A stretch of 64,000 bases of DNA, taken from assembly GCA_034440395.1 (NCBI GenBank), contig JAWXBW010000009.1:6530-70529 (forward strand), in the 5' to 3' direction. The notes beneath the pieces are model-generated. The model searched no databases. It was not told the origin of the DNA and was given only the letters and a program-made list of their open reading frames with translations. Position numbers and translations under genes: made by a program. How positions within the stretch are numbered: the stretch's first letter is position 1; every line of letters begins with the position of its first letter. The stretch is from Blastochloris sp. (GTDB lineage Bacteria > Verrucomicrobiota > Verrucomicrobiia > Methylacidiphilales > JAAUTS01). This document shows positions 22,911-33,108 of the stretch, in pieces.

Positions 22911-24224
22911 TTAAACAGGCATAGCTTGCAAAAGAGCTTGAGCGTAACAACCCGCGGATAAACGATTACCTTGCGCTATTTTCATTTTTTCTAACCATAC
23001 TTCAAACTCCGGTGCTGGTCTTAATCCCAAAACTTGCCTCATATATAAGCTGTCGTGAAACGAGGTTGATTGATAATTCAACATAATATCATCTGCGCCT
23101 GGTACACCCAAGACATAGGTGCAACCCGCCACACCTAACAAGGTCAATAAAGTATCCATATCATCTTGATCTGCCTCGGCATGATTCGTGTAGCACACAT
23201 CGCAACCCATCGGCAAGCCCAAGAGCTTCCCGCAGAAATGATCCTCCAATCCTGCCCGGATTATTTGCTTCCCATCATACAAATACTCAGGCCCGATAAA
23301 CCCCACCACCATATTAACTAGCAACGGCTTAAACTTACGAGCCACCGCATAAGCCCGCACTTCCATCGTTTGCTGATCCACTCCATGATGAGCGTTAGCC
23401 GATAAAGCACTTCCCTGTCCCGTCTCAAAATACATCACATTTGTTCCGACCGTCCCTCGGTTTAAACTCAGGGTCATCTCATGCGCTTCAGTCAATAGCT
23501 TCAAATTAATCCCGAAACTTTTATTCGCCGCCTCACTTCCTGCCACTGATTGAAAACACAAATCTAACGGAGCTCCGCGCTCCATAGCTTGCATTTGCGT
23601 CGTGACATGACCTAATACACAAGACTGTGTGGGAATGTCATAGTTACTAATTAAGCCGTCCATCAAGCGTAGGAGCCTGTCTAAAGTCCCCACTTGATCC
23701 GTAGCTGGATTGATGCCGATGACCGCATCGCCACAACCCAGCAAAAGACCATCCAACATCGAAGCCATGATTCCGCGCTCATCATCCGTTGGGTGGTTCG
23801 GCTGAAGACGCACCGATAACCTACCGGGAAGACCTATCGTGTTACGGAAACTAGTTAACACCTGACACTTTTTAGCGACCAAGATTAAATCCTGATTAGC
23901 CATCACCTTAGAAACGGCCGCCACCATTTCAGGGGTTAGTCCTAGTGCCAAAACCCTTAAAGTATCCGTATCTGTTTCATACCTCAAAAGCCAATCACGC
24001 AACTCTCCCACCGTAAAATGGGAGATAGGTTGAAAGGCCACTCTGTCATGATCATCCAGAATTAAACGCGTTACTTCATCCGTCTCATAAGGAACAAGCA
24101 GTTCTTCTAAAAAACGCTTAAGCGGAATTTCTGATAAACACATCTGCGCCGCAACCCGCTCTTCGGCATTCACCGCCGCTACCCCCGCTAACTGATCGCC
24201 CGACCTTAACGGCGTCGCGCGTGC
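22911..24224 (-). pseudogene. eutB: ethanolamine ammonia-lyase heavy chain, 5'-truncated
   Basis: RLQPNHPTDD, YFETGQGS, CYTNH; similarity continues upstream of the GTG as ARATPLRSGDQLAGVAA, then meets TGA with no start codon. Confidence 0.8.
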
Positions 24225-24277
24225 CGTTCATGGCATAAAGATTGCCAATAATTTTAAACCTCAACCTAGGAATTATT

Positions 24278-24619
24278 ATGACAGAAAATAGTACTCCCAA
24301 CAACGGATTAAACGTTCAATACGAAAAAGTAGATGCTGCCTATTTAGATAATCGGCAATTAAAGAAAACAGCCAATACCTTTCACCTCTGGGCCTTGGGC
24401 GTAGGAGCTGTTATCTCAGGCATGTTTGGTGGTTGGAATTTAGGCCTAGGCTCAGGCGGTTTCGGCGGGCTTTTCATTGCCACGGTACTCATGACAATTA
24501 TGTACGTCTGTATGGTTTATAGCATCGCCGAACTTTCTGCGGCACTTCCCCACGCTGGACTAATCTCCAACACACCAGAAGAGGAATCCGCACTAGCCGC
24601 TGACGCTGAAGCGGCCTGA
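24278..24619 (+). pseudogene. eat: ethanolamine permease with large in-frame internal deletion
   Basis: YLDNRQLKK...GVGAVISG...AELSAALPHAG joined directly to an Eat-like tail LISNTPEEESALAADAEAA. Confidence 0.8.
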
Positions 24620-24684
24620 TACGACTCTAAAAAAATATAAGTGGACTCTTCCATTGATTTTTACCATTGATTGAAGAGTCTGAC

Positions 24685-24713
24685 TTGAACTTTCTCCGAC
24701 TTCCTGCCACTAT
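24685..24713 (+). promoter_or_regulatory. putative sigma70 promoter of tRNA-Arg(TCT)
   Basis: TTGAAC-17 nt-CACTAT with TGn extended -10. Confidence 0.5.
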
Positions 24714-24723
24714 GGAAAGGTGC

Positions 24724-24797
24724 GCTCTCGTAGCTCAGTTGGATAGAGCATCTGATTTCTAATCCGATGGTCGCAGGTTCGAGTCCTGCCGAGAGCA
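24724..24797 (+). tRNA. tRNA-Arg(TCT)
   Basis: GCTCTCG...CGAGAGCA; loop TTTCTAA; one T-C mismatch in the anticodon stem. Confidence 0.92.
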
Positions 24798-24849
24798 CCC
24801 CTTTTTATACAGTCTTGCCGCTGCAAAAGTTTGCCCCATAAATAACGGG

Positions 24850-25668
24850 ATGACTGGCCTCATTGATACCCATGCCCACCTCGACTTCCCTGATTTTACC
24901 CAAGACCTCGAAAGTGTACTTGAGCGAGCTAAAGAAGTTGGGGTGAAGAAAATTATCAGTATTGGAACCTGCCTCGAATCGAGCTTAGCCGCATTACAAC
25001 TAGCCGACCGTTACCCAGAAGTCTACGCCGCCGTTGGTATTCATCCCTGCAATGTTGAAGAGGAATCAGCCGATGCCTTAACTAAATTAGAACCTCTTCT
25101 CTCCCATCCTAAAGTTGCCGCTCTGGGGGAGTGCGGATTAGATTACCATCATCTTCCCACACGGCTTGATCAAGAAACCGATTTAGATTACTCAGCTCGT
25201 TGGCAGACTTTGAAAGAAAAGCAGGCTTCTTTTTTTCGCAAACAATTGGAACTTGCAGCATCACACCATTTAAACGTCGTCGTCCACCAGCGGGATAGTT
25301 GGGATGACACTCTCACCCTTCTCCAACCTTTTAGCCATCAGCTCAAGGCAGTCTTCCATTGCTTTGGTGGTAGTCCTGCTCAAGCCCAAGAAATTATTGC
25401 TATGGGACACCTCGTCTCCTTCACAGGAATTGTTACTTTTAAAAATGCCGTCCTCGTGCGCGAATCCATCCGCTCCCTAACTTCTGGTACATTTATGGTG
25501 GAAACTGATTGCCCATACCTTGCACCCGTTCCCCACCGTGGAAAACGATGTGAGCCTAGCCATGTCGAACTGGTGGCCGAAACGATTGGCCAAGTACGGC
25601 AACAAACTCAGGAAAATCTACGAGCGGAATTATGGCAAACAACTCACGCTTTTTTTCGACTTGAGTAA
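24850..25668 (+). CDS. tatD: TatD-family deoxyribonuclease
   Basis: IDTHAH, GIHP, GECGLDY, FHCF, ETDCPYLAP. Confidence 0.95.
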   Translation: MTGLIDTHAHLDFPDFTQDLESVLERAKEVGVKKIISIGTCLESSLAALQLADRYPEVYAAVGIHPCNVEEESADALTKLEPLLSHPKVAALGECGLDYHHLPTRLDQETDLDYSARWQTLKEKQASFFRKQLELAASHHLNVVVHQRDSWDDTLTLLQPFSHQLKAVFHCFGGSPAQAQEIIAMGHLVSFTGIVTFKNAVLVRESIRSLTSGTFMVETDCPYLAPVPHRGKRCEPSHVELVAETIGQVRQQTQENLRAELWQTTHAFFRLE

Positions 25669-25677
25669 CTTAGCCGA

Positions 25678-26781
25678 TCACGCCGTATGACAAATTTTAA
25701 GCACGGCCATCTCTAAAACTTTTTGCCGATCGCTTCCTGTTGAAACCAAGGCTAAGTTTGTTTGATACAAAACATCTAACGCCCTAAACCAACGCTGTGA
25801 GGGAGAGCGTCGAGCTTTATCCACGACACGAGCCAGGCGGAATAAGTTCGGTTTTTCGCCCTTTTTATTTTGCGGCATTAGATCCTCCGCATCCCCTGCT
25901 AAGCTAGCATTCAAGAAAGTTCCATTCTTTTTTAAAATTAATTTCTTACTTTCCAATAAATGTGTTCCAAGAGCTGCCAGACGTATTTGTCCCGCTAACA
26001 AAATTAAGATGCCCACCTCAGATTCTCCTTGAGTTAATAATTGCCTCAGAATATGCAATGAATCATTCGTGTTGCTTTCGGTCACTGCATCACAAAGATC
26101 CCAGACCAGAAGCTCGCGCGTGCTAGAGACGATTAAGCGGAGATGAGCCTCACTGACCTCACCCGTGGGCATGGTGTAGAGTGCCAGTTTTTCCAACTCG
26201 TTATGCAATGCCCGAGTGTCATTACCTATAAGCTCCACCAACCGCTCCACCACTCCAGGCTGCGGTTTCATCCCACGCTCGGTCATTAAATGTTCGATCT
26301 GTTTCATCCATACCCGCACTTTTGCAGCGTCTTTTAAATCAGGTAAATCCCACTGCTCGCACACGCCGATCTTTTCAAATTGTTTATAAAAACTGCGCCT
26401 CCGATCAATTCCAGTGGCCGTGATAATGACCTGAGCTGAATCTGGACCTATCTTAATCAAAAGAGCCGTCAGCTCCCCTAACTTCTCTAAAACAGCCTCA
26501 CTTTTACCCATCACATTATCCGAAAGGAAATTACAATTTTTAAGAAAAATAAGTTTCGCACCTCCAAAAAAAGGTAGAGTTAAAATTGCTTCTTTTACCC
26601 GATCAATCTTATCCAAAGCGTCACCGACCGAGTCTGCTTGGCCTTCGATCACCTCATAATTCATAACCTCCGCTGGCGTAAGTTGGGCCACCAGTTCCAG
26701 CCCACGACTTTTCACCTGAAAATCGTCTGAACCATTAACCAGGATATGTTTCTGTTTGAGCTTGATGCTTGAGTCAGCCAT
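25678..26781 (-). CDS. holA: DNA polymerase III delta subunit
   Basis: TLPFFGGAKLI, NELEKLALY, VWDLCDAV. Confidence 0.85.
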   Translation of the reverse strand: MADSSIKLKQKHILVNGSDDFQVKSRGLELVAQLTPAEVMNYEVIEGQADSVGDALDKIDRVKEAILTLPFFGGAKLIFLKNCNFLSDNVMGKSEAVLEKLGELTALLIKIGPDSAQVIITATGIDRRRSFYKQFEKIGVCEQWDLPDLKDAAKVRVWMKQIEHLMTERGMKPQPGVVERLVELIGNDTRALHNELEKLALYTMPTGEVSEAHLRLIVSSTRELLVWDLCDAVTESNTNDSLHILRQLLTQGESEVGILILLAGQIRLAALGTHLLESKKLILKKNGTFLNASLAGDAEDLMPQNKKGEKPNLFRLARVVDKARRSPSQRWFRALDVLYQTNLALVSTGSDRQKVLEMAVLKICHTA

Positions 26782-26796
26782 AGGTCTAATCTACCT

Positions 26797-27294
26797 ATGG
26801 AACACCTTTGGGCTCCTTGGCGCAATGATTATGTAGGAACCCTCTGCGAGGGTTCTGTGGCTAAGGAAGATTTATTCTTCAGCATCGGCCAATCCGCTAA
26901 CGATGATGAAACCCATGTCGTTCTACGTTCTAAATCTTGCTTCGCCCTTCTCAATCTTTTCCCCTACAATACAGCCCACCACCTTATCATCCCCTACCGT
27001 AAAGTGGCGGAACTCAGTGAACTATCCTTGGACGAGCAAGCTGATCTTTGGGCAACGGTGCAGCGTGTCATGGACGCCGTCCGCAAACTTTACCATCCTC
27101 ACGGCTTCAATATCGGTCTCAACATCGGAGCCGCGGCTGGGGCTGGCATTCCCGAACATCTTCACGTCCATCTCGTGCCACGCTGGAACGGTGATGCTAA
27201 TTTCCTGACCACCATCGCTGGAACCCGCGTTCACCCCAGCGATCTAACAACAGTTTACCAGACGATGAAAAAAGAACTTTCCCTTGTCCCATAA
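26797..27294 (+). CDS. HIT-family hydrolase (Ap4A phosphorylase-like)
   Basis: LWAPWR, NLFPY, AGAGIPEHLHVHLVPRW. Confidence 0.93.
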   Translation: MEHLWAPWRNDYVGTLCEGSVAKEDLFFSIGQSANDDETHVVLRSKSCFALLNLFPYNTAHHLIIPYRKVAELSELSLDEQADLWATVQRVMDAVRKLYHPHGFNIGLNIGAAAGAGIPEHLHVHLVPRWNGDANFLTTIAGTRVHPSDLTTVYQTMKKELSLVP

Positions 27295-27341
27295 AACGTA
27301 TCCGCCTTGCCTCTACGTCCTTTCAATGCTAGTCATTCATC

Positions 27342-28526
27342 ATGTATTATCGTCGCTTTGGTCGCACCGAACTTCAGATGCCAGTTTTCTCCTGCGGCGG
27401 CATGCGTTACCAACAAAGCTGGAGTGATATTTCTCCTGCTGATGTGCCTGAAGCTAATCAAGATAATCTCGAAGCCACCATTCACCGAGCCATTGATCTA
27501 GGAATTAACCACATAGAAACGGCTCGCGGCTACGGCAGTTCTGAAATGCAGCTTGGTTCCATCCTGCCGCATCTACCTCGCAACAAAATTATTGTTCAAA
27601 CCAAGGTGGCACCCAGCGCCGACCCTCAAGAATTCCTCGCTACTTTTGAAAAATCCATGGCCTATTTGAAGTTGGATTACGTCGATCTTTTTTCCATTCA
27701 TGGCATCAACAATCAAGAGCTGCTTGACTTAACCCTACGCAAGGGAGGCTGTATTGAGGTGGCGGAACAACTTCGCCAACAAGGTCGCGTGCGCCACATC
27801 GGTTTCTCCACCCATGCCCCTTCCCAAGTCATCCGCACCGCCATCGCCAGTGATGCCTTTGACTACGTTAACCTACATTGGTATTTCGTGAACGATTCCA
27901 ACTGGCAAGCAGTACTGGACGCTAAGAAAAAAGACATGGGTGTCTTCATCATTAGTCCCAACGATAAAGGCGGCTTGCTCTATAAACCTTCCGAAAAACT
28001 ACAGCGTCTCTGCCAGCCCCTTACCCCCATGCACTTTAATGACCTCTACTGTTTGCATCGTCCAGAAGTTCATACCCTTAGCTTAGGTGCTAGTAAACCC
28101 TCAGACTTTGACGAACATATCCATGCGTTAAAAGATTATCACCAGATTGAGAAAGTCATGCCGCAAGTCGAGGCTCGCCTCCGTCAAGCCATGCAAGAAA
28201 GTCTGGGCCAAGAATGGCTCCAGAACTGGGAGCAAGGCCTACCTTCCTCTGATGATATTCCTGGTCAGGTCAATATCTGGGAAATTCTGCGACTTTGGAA
28301 TTACGCTAAGTCCCTCGACATGATCGAATACGGAAAGATGCGATATAATTTATTAGGGAATGCCGATCACTGGTTCGCTGGCAACCAAGCTAATGATCTC
28401 GACGCATTAGACCTCCGCCCTGCCCTGGTCGCTAATCCGTTTAAAGAAAAAATACCTAGCATTCTACGCGAAGCCCACACCCTCCTCGTTGGCGAGCCCA
28501 AGAAACGGCTCAGCCAATCCGATTGA
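27342..28526 (+). CDS. aldo/keto reductase family protein
   Basis: YRRFGRT, HIETARGYG, GRVRHIGFSTH. Confidence 0.92.
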   Translation: MYYRRFGRTELQMPVFSCGGMRYQQSWSDISPADVPEANQDNLEATIHRAIDLGINHIETARGYGSSEMQLGSILPHLPRNKIIVQTKVAPSADPQEFLATFEKSMAYLKLDYVDLFSIHGINNQELLDLTLRKGGCIEVAEQLRQQGRVRHIGFSTHAPSQVIRTAIASDAFDYVNLHWYFVNDSNWQAVLDAKKKDMGVFIISPNDKGGLLYKPSEKLQRLCQPLTPMHFNDLYCLHRPEVHTLSLGASKPSDFDEHIHALKDYHQIEKVMPQVEARLRQAMQESLGQEWLQNWEQGLPSSDDIPGQVNIWEILRLWNYAKSLDMIEYGKMRYNLLGNADHWFAGNQANDLDALDLRPALVANPFKEKIPSILREAHTLLVGEPKKRLSQSD

Positions 28527-28875
28527 GATTTCCGTCTTGAACAACGCTTCTTATTTGCCTTCTCCGACTTTAAGTAAGCTATATTAACTCTTCCTTCAGT
28601 CTGATATTTTCATTACACAAGCCACGTGTTGTGTCTTTACGGAGACATCAAGGGGATCAGCGGAGTCAGTCTACCACACTTGCACATATTTCTTGCTTCA
28701 TGTGAATTTGTTGGCGAGCCGCCATTTTTAACAATCTATGGATCACCTCCTAGAAAATGCCATAGAAAAACTGTTTGATATCCAACGAATTCAAGTTGAA
28801 CTACTAAGTTAAATTTCCAACCGTCAAACCAGTAATAGCTAGAGCATAGCCAAATAATGATTGTACTTAGCCCCT

Positions 28876-29421
28876 CTACTCTCCCTTGTCCTGCCTAGCA
28901 GCAGAGTTTCTCAAAACCGTTTCGTGGGCAGAAAGCAGTTCTGGGACATGGCTTTTTTCCCATTCCCTAGCAAATGCCTCAAGTCGAGCCATACCTTCAC
29001 GATCTTTAACGCGGTTTGCGCTTTTCTTGCTGTTGATAATATCTTTCAAGTTAGCTACTGGAAACTTTCCCTCTTGTATGCGCCGAGCCCAAGCAGTTTC
29101 AAAATTGGCAATGCCGTCAGGTTGGGTAATTACATCTGCGTCAAACGGCCCGTCTTTCAGTTGACATAAGTCTTTTCCAGCCAATATCTCTTTTCGAGCT
29201 TCATCACTTAGTGGAAAATTAGCTTGGTCAAAGGCAGCAACAAGCTTTTCGGCATTCACACGGTCTTTCGGAATGTAAAGGTCAACGTGCTGCGTCGTGT
29301 CTGGATAACCAAGCAGGATAGCTCCACTCTTGCCGATGAACAAGTATTTAACCCCTTGTTTGTTGAGCTCGTCAGCCAAAAGTTCAGCCTATTCAAAATA
29401 AAATTTACGTGGCTTTTCCAT
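28876..29421 (-). pseudogene. nucleotidyltransferase-fold putative toxin with TAG at codon 11 (29389-29391)
   Basis: MEKPRKFYFE*AELLADEL..YLFIGKSGAILLGYPDTTQHVDL...SKKSANRVKD. Confidence 0.7.
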
Positions 29422-29632
29422 AGCCCTCCCAGCTTGGCCGTTCCCGAGCAATTGTCTCCCGGTATTCCTGCATGGTTGCGAAAAACCGGCTATTTGCTTT
29501 TTCGTAGCTAACAACAAAACCGAAACGAATCCGATCTTTAAGTGGCCGAGCGATCTGGCGGCGGCACTGATCCAACCAATCGGCTTCCTCCCTATCTAAA
29601 GCCACTTGGATCAGTTGGTCTATTTTTTCCAT
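29405..29632 (-). CDS. small protein, putative antitoxin of the NTase
   Basis: 75 aa; overlaps the NTase start by 17 bp; two-gene layout. Confidence 0.6.
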   Translation of the reverse strand: MEKIDQLIQVALDREEADWLDQCRRQIARPLKDRIRFGFVVSYEKANSRFFATMQEYRETIARERPSWEGYGKAT

Positions 29633-29971
29633 TGTCCAATAATAACAGAACTAAATGTTATAACCAAACCCATTTTTTATCCAGTTACTGCTTATGAACC
29701 CTCCTTTGTCATCTCGACGCTCAGGATCCTATGTTAGGAGTTTTGTCCACCTATCGTTTGTCCCTCAGGAGTTGCAGATAAGCAGACGAAATTCTGAGCG
29801 ATCATCCAGAGATCGCTAGGGGTCAAGCCAGCATTCATGTTACACTCCGTATTACGGCCACAAAGCTTCAGCCGTTGTAACACGTTAGCTATATTGCACA
29901 GACTTTTTGTTTTTACTTTTACGGCAACTGATTGGACACATCTTTTTCCTAAGTCATCGCCGCTATTCCAC

Positions 29972-30742
29972 TTAATCCTTCTTATTCCTTTCAGGATGGG
30001 ACCACCAACTGTTCCAGCCCTTGCCCTCGTATTTTTCTTTTAGAATATCTTCAACCTCTTTCATCGAGCCTTTCGCATCGACCCATTTTTCAACATCAGG
30101 AAAATCTAATTTGCAGTTTTCACACTTTTTACCAGGATAGAAACGGATCGGACACCAGAAGCTTTCCAAGTTCCGCAACATTTCTCCTCCCAGAGAATAA
30201 ATTCCCGTCATCCAATCGCAATAGAGACACCATACTAAATCGTGTCCCACCAGCCCCGAAAATTTTTGCCGAGAAACGTTGACCCACTCCGCTTGTTTGT
30301 ATGGAGGTAATTTGATCAGCCACACCAACATAGGGTAAGTTGTCCATTGGGAAAAACGGATCAATAGAAAGGCGGGCAAGGCGGGAACCGTGGCGAGTAG
30401 AGCTACGTTATTTGAGACCGGGCCGACAATCCTATTTAAAGTTGCGCCAATTGAGGGGCCACGATGGCCACTCCAACGCCAATGGATAAAGCAGAATATC
30501 TGCATGGCGACCAGTTGTCCGATCACACAGGCGAGCACTCCGAGCCAACCTATAAAAGTAAGTGCCGCCACCCAAGGTATCCAAGTCAGGAGGCTGATGG
30601 CTAAGTCCAGACCTGGAGCAAAGGCAATTTTCTCCGTCATCTTCCAAATCAAAATAATGGAAATAATAACGGCTAATTCCACTATCACAAAAAATCCAGC
30701 CTGCATGAGAAAACTGATCATTCCTCTATGAGTGTCAATCAA
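29972..30742 (-). CDS. hypothetical membrane protein with Cys-rich C-terminus
   Basis: Several TM segments; WCLYCDW, FWCPIRF, KCENC. Confidence 0.75.
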   Translation of the reverse strand: MIDTHRGMISFLMQAGFFVIVELAVIISIILIWKMTEKIAFAPGLDLAISLLTWIPWVAALTFIGWLGVLACVIGQLVAMQIFCFIHWRWSGHRGPSIGATLNRIVGPVSNNVALLATVPALPAFLLIRFSQWTTYPMLVWLIKLPPYKQAEWVNVSRQKFSGLVGHDLVWCLYCDWMTGIYSLGGEMLRNLESFWCPIRFYPGKKCENCKLDFPDVEKWVDAKGSMKEVEDILKEKYEGKGWNSWWSHPERNKKD

Positions 30743-30855
30743 TCTGAAACGGTCAAGCGTTTAAAATGGTGGGTGTAAGAAAGCTGACGGACTGCTAACC
30801 CTAAAAGCTCGTCATGCCTGAATTCTCAATACAGCTCTTGAAAAAAGCACTGTGT

Positions 30856-32892
30856 TTACCCAGATGGTCTAGTCTTTTTATTTTTACCCTTGCGGTAACT
30901 TACCACGTGCTTGCCGCCTTGCTTCATAGAGCCAGTGCCACTTAGACCTTCCAACTCACGTATTTGATCTCGGAGCAGTGCCGCTTTTTCATACTCTAGT
31001 TTTTCCGATGCTACTAACATCTCCTGCTGTAATTCATGGATCGTTACCGCTACATCACCGTCTATTACAATAGAGTTTTTAATCCGATCACTCTTAACAA
31101 TCGTGCTAAGGCTTTCTTGAATTCCTCTCACCACTGACTGCGGACTAATATTATTGGCTTGGTTGTGGGCGATTTGTTTTTCACGACGGCTTTTCGTAAC
31201 ATCCATCAACCTTTGCATAGATCCCGTAATTTTATCGGCAAATAAAATCACTTCACCATTGATATGCCGTGCCGCACGTCCTGCCGTTTGAATCAACGAT
31301 GTCTCCGAACGGAGAAACCCTTCCTTATCAGCATCTAAAACCGCCACCAGTGAAACCTCTGGCAAATCAAGACCCTCACGCAGGAGATTGATCCCAATTA
31401 AAATATCAAACGTACCAGCTCGCAGCGATCTCAGTATTTCCACTCTCTCGATAGCATCCACCTCAGAATGAATATATTGAACCTTCAATCCTGCTTCGCG
31501 TAAGTAATCTGTTAAATCCTCCGCCGTCCTCTTGGTCAATGTCGTCACTAGGACACGTTCCCCACGTTCCACTCGCTTAGCGGATTCGGCAATTAATTCA
31601 TCAATCTGTCCTGCTAAAGGCCGAATGCGAATGATAGGATCAATTAACCCCGTGGGTCGAATCACTTGCTCCACCACGACACCGCCTGCTTTTTCCACTT
31701 CAAATTTAGTCGGTGTAGCTGAGACATAAACCGTTTGATTCATCAACCCACTAAATTCTTCAAAATTAAGCGGTCGATTATCCATGGCCGAAGGCAGGCG
31801 AAAACCGTGCTCTACTAATACAGACTTACGTGAACGGTCTCCGGCATACATTCCACCAACCTGAGGCACGGTGACGTGGGACTCATCGATAATAGTTAGA
31901 AAATCTTTCGGAAAGAAATCGATCAGAGTGTAAGGCCTAGACCCGGGAGGACGTTCACCAAGATGCCTCGAATAGTTTTCAATTCCTGAACAAAATCCTA
32001 TCTCCTCCATCATTTCTAAATCATACGTAGTGCGCATTTTTATGCGTTGCGCTTCGAGCATTTTACCGTGTTTTTCAAATTCGTGTATACGCTCCTCCAT
32101 CTCTTGACGAATGCCACCCAAAGCCTTTCTAAGCTTTTCGTGTGGGGTTACAAATTGTTTAGCGGGAAAAATAGTCATCAGCTTTTCCTCCGACAACGCT
32201 ACACCCGTTAGAGGATCAAAGCGGCTGATACGCTCAATCTCGTCTCCAAAAAACTCGAATCGCACGGATTCATCCGATTGATTACTAGGAAAAACTTCGA
32301 TGACATCCCCACGTACTCGGAACTTACCGCGCTCGAAGGCGATGTCATTACGCTGATATTGTAAATCCACTAAACGCCCAATAAAAAGCTCCCGGCTTAT
32401 TGTTTCCCCCAATTTCACTGTCAGCAACATGGTGTAAAAATCTTCTGGGTTAGCGAAACCATAGATACAGGAAACACTAGAAACCACGATGACATCTCGC
32501 CGCGTCATGAGCGAACTGCTGGCAGATAATCTTAGTCGTTCGATCTCCTCGTTGATACTGGAATCTTTTTCAATATATGTGTCGGTACGGGGAATATATG
32601 CCTCTGGCTGATAATAATCAAAGTAGCTGACAAAATATTCCACGGCATTTTCTGGGAAAAATAGTTTAAACTCACTAAAAAGTTGAGCGGCTAGTGTTTT
32701 ATTATGTGAGATAACTAAAGTGGGACGGTTTAATTTAGCGATGACGTTAGCCACGGTAAAGGTCTTCCCTGAGCCAGTAACACCGAGCAAAACTTGGTGC
32801 GACTTTCCTGAAAGACAAGCTTCGGTTAAAGCTGCGATTGCGGCAGGTTGGTCACCCATGGGGTCATAAGGAGAGTGAAGTTTAAAATCCAT
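30856..32892 (-). CDS. uvrB: excinuclease ABC subunit B
   Basis: GVTGSGKT, YFVSYFDYYQPEAY, DESH, GINLLREGLD. Confidence 0.99.
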   Translation of the reverse strand: MDFKLHSPYDPMGDQPAAIAALTEACLSGKSHQVLLGVTGSGKTFTVANVIAKLNRPTLVISHNKTLAAQLFSEFKLFFPENAVEYFVSYFDYYQPEAYIPRTDTYIEKDSSINEEIERLRLSASSSLMTRRDVIVVSSVSCIYGFANPEDFYTMLLTVKLGETISRELFIGRLVDLQYQRNDIAFERGKFRVRGDVIEVFPSNQSDESVRFEFFGDEIERISRFDPLTGVALSEEKLMTIFPAKQFVTPHEKLRKALGGIRQEMEERIHEFEKHGKMLEAQRIKMRTTYDLEMMEEIGFCSGIENYSRHLGERPPGSRPYTLIDFFPKDFLTIIDESHVTVPQVGGMYAGDRSRKSVLVEHGFRLPSAMDNRPLNFEEFSGLMNQTVYVSATPTKFEVEKAGGVVVEQVIRPTGLIDPIIRIRPLAGQIDELIAESAKRVERGERVLVTTLTKRTAEDLTDYLREAGLKVQYIHSEVDAIERVEILRSLRAGTFDILIGINLLREGLDLPEVSLVAVLDADKEGFLRSETSLIQTAGRAARHINGEVILFADKITGSMQRLMDVTKSRREKQIAHNQANNISPQSVVRGIQESLSTIVKSDRIKNSIVIDGDVAVTIHELQQEMLVASEKLEYEKAALLRDQIRELEGLSGTGSMKQGGKHVVSYRKGKNKKTRPSG

Positions 32893-32980
32893 TGATAATA
32901 AAGCATGGACGTTATCTGCAGAAAAACAAACTTGCCCTACAAGCAGGTTAAATAAATCTAAAGAACTTCTATTTTCCTAG

Positions 32981-33009
32981 TTGACAGAACGTGGTTTTGA
33001 TACGACATT
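32981..33009 (+). promoter_or_regulatory. putative sigma70 promoter of tRNA-Lys
   Basis: Perfect TTGACA-17 nt-GACATT. Confidence 0.45.
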
Positions 33010-33036
33010 CTACCCCTGTTTTGAGTAAACATTACC

Positions 33037-33108
33037 GGGTTGATAGCTCAACGGTAGAGCAGTACCCTTTTAAGGTATTGGTTCTGGGTTCAAATCCCAG
33101 TCAACCCA
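33037..33108 (+). tRNA. tRNA-Lys(TTT)
   Basis: GGGTTGA...TCAACCCA; arm GTACC-CTTTTAA-GGTAT. Confidence 0.96.

Noticed and set aside
24118-24303. 61-aa ORF as a frameshifted eutB N-terminus
   Set aside because: No convincing EutB similarity; it is mostly an alternative frame and overlaps the eat start
24724-24797. tRNA-Arg(TCT) as a pseudo-tRNA because of a T-C pair
   Set aside because: All other arms are canonical and a promoter is present; a single mismatch is tolerated
29700-29820. Short inverted segments (CGCTCAG/CTGAGCG; AGCGATC/GATCGCT) as a REP or ncRNA
   Set aside because: Arms are only 7-9 bp, with no second copy and no recognisable RNA family
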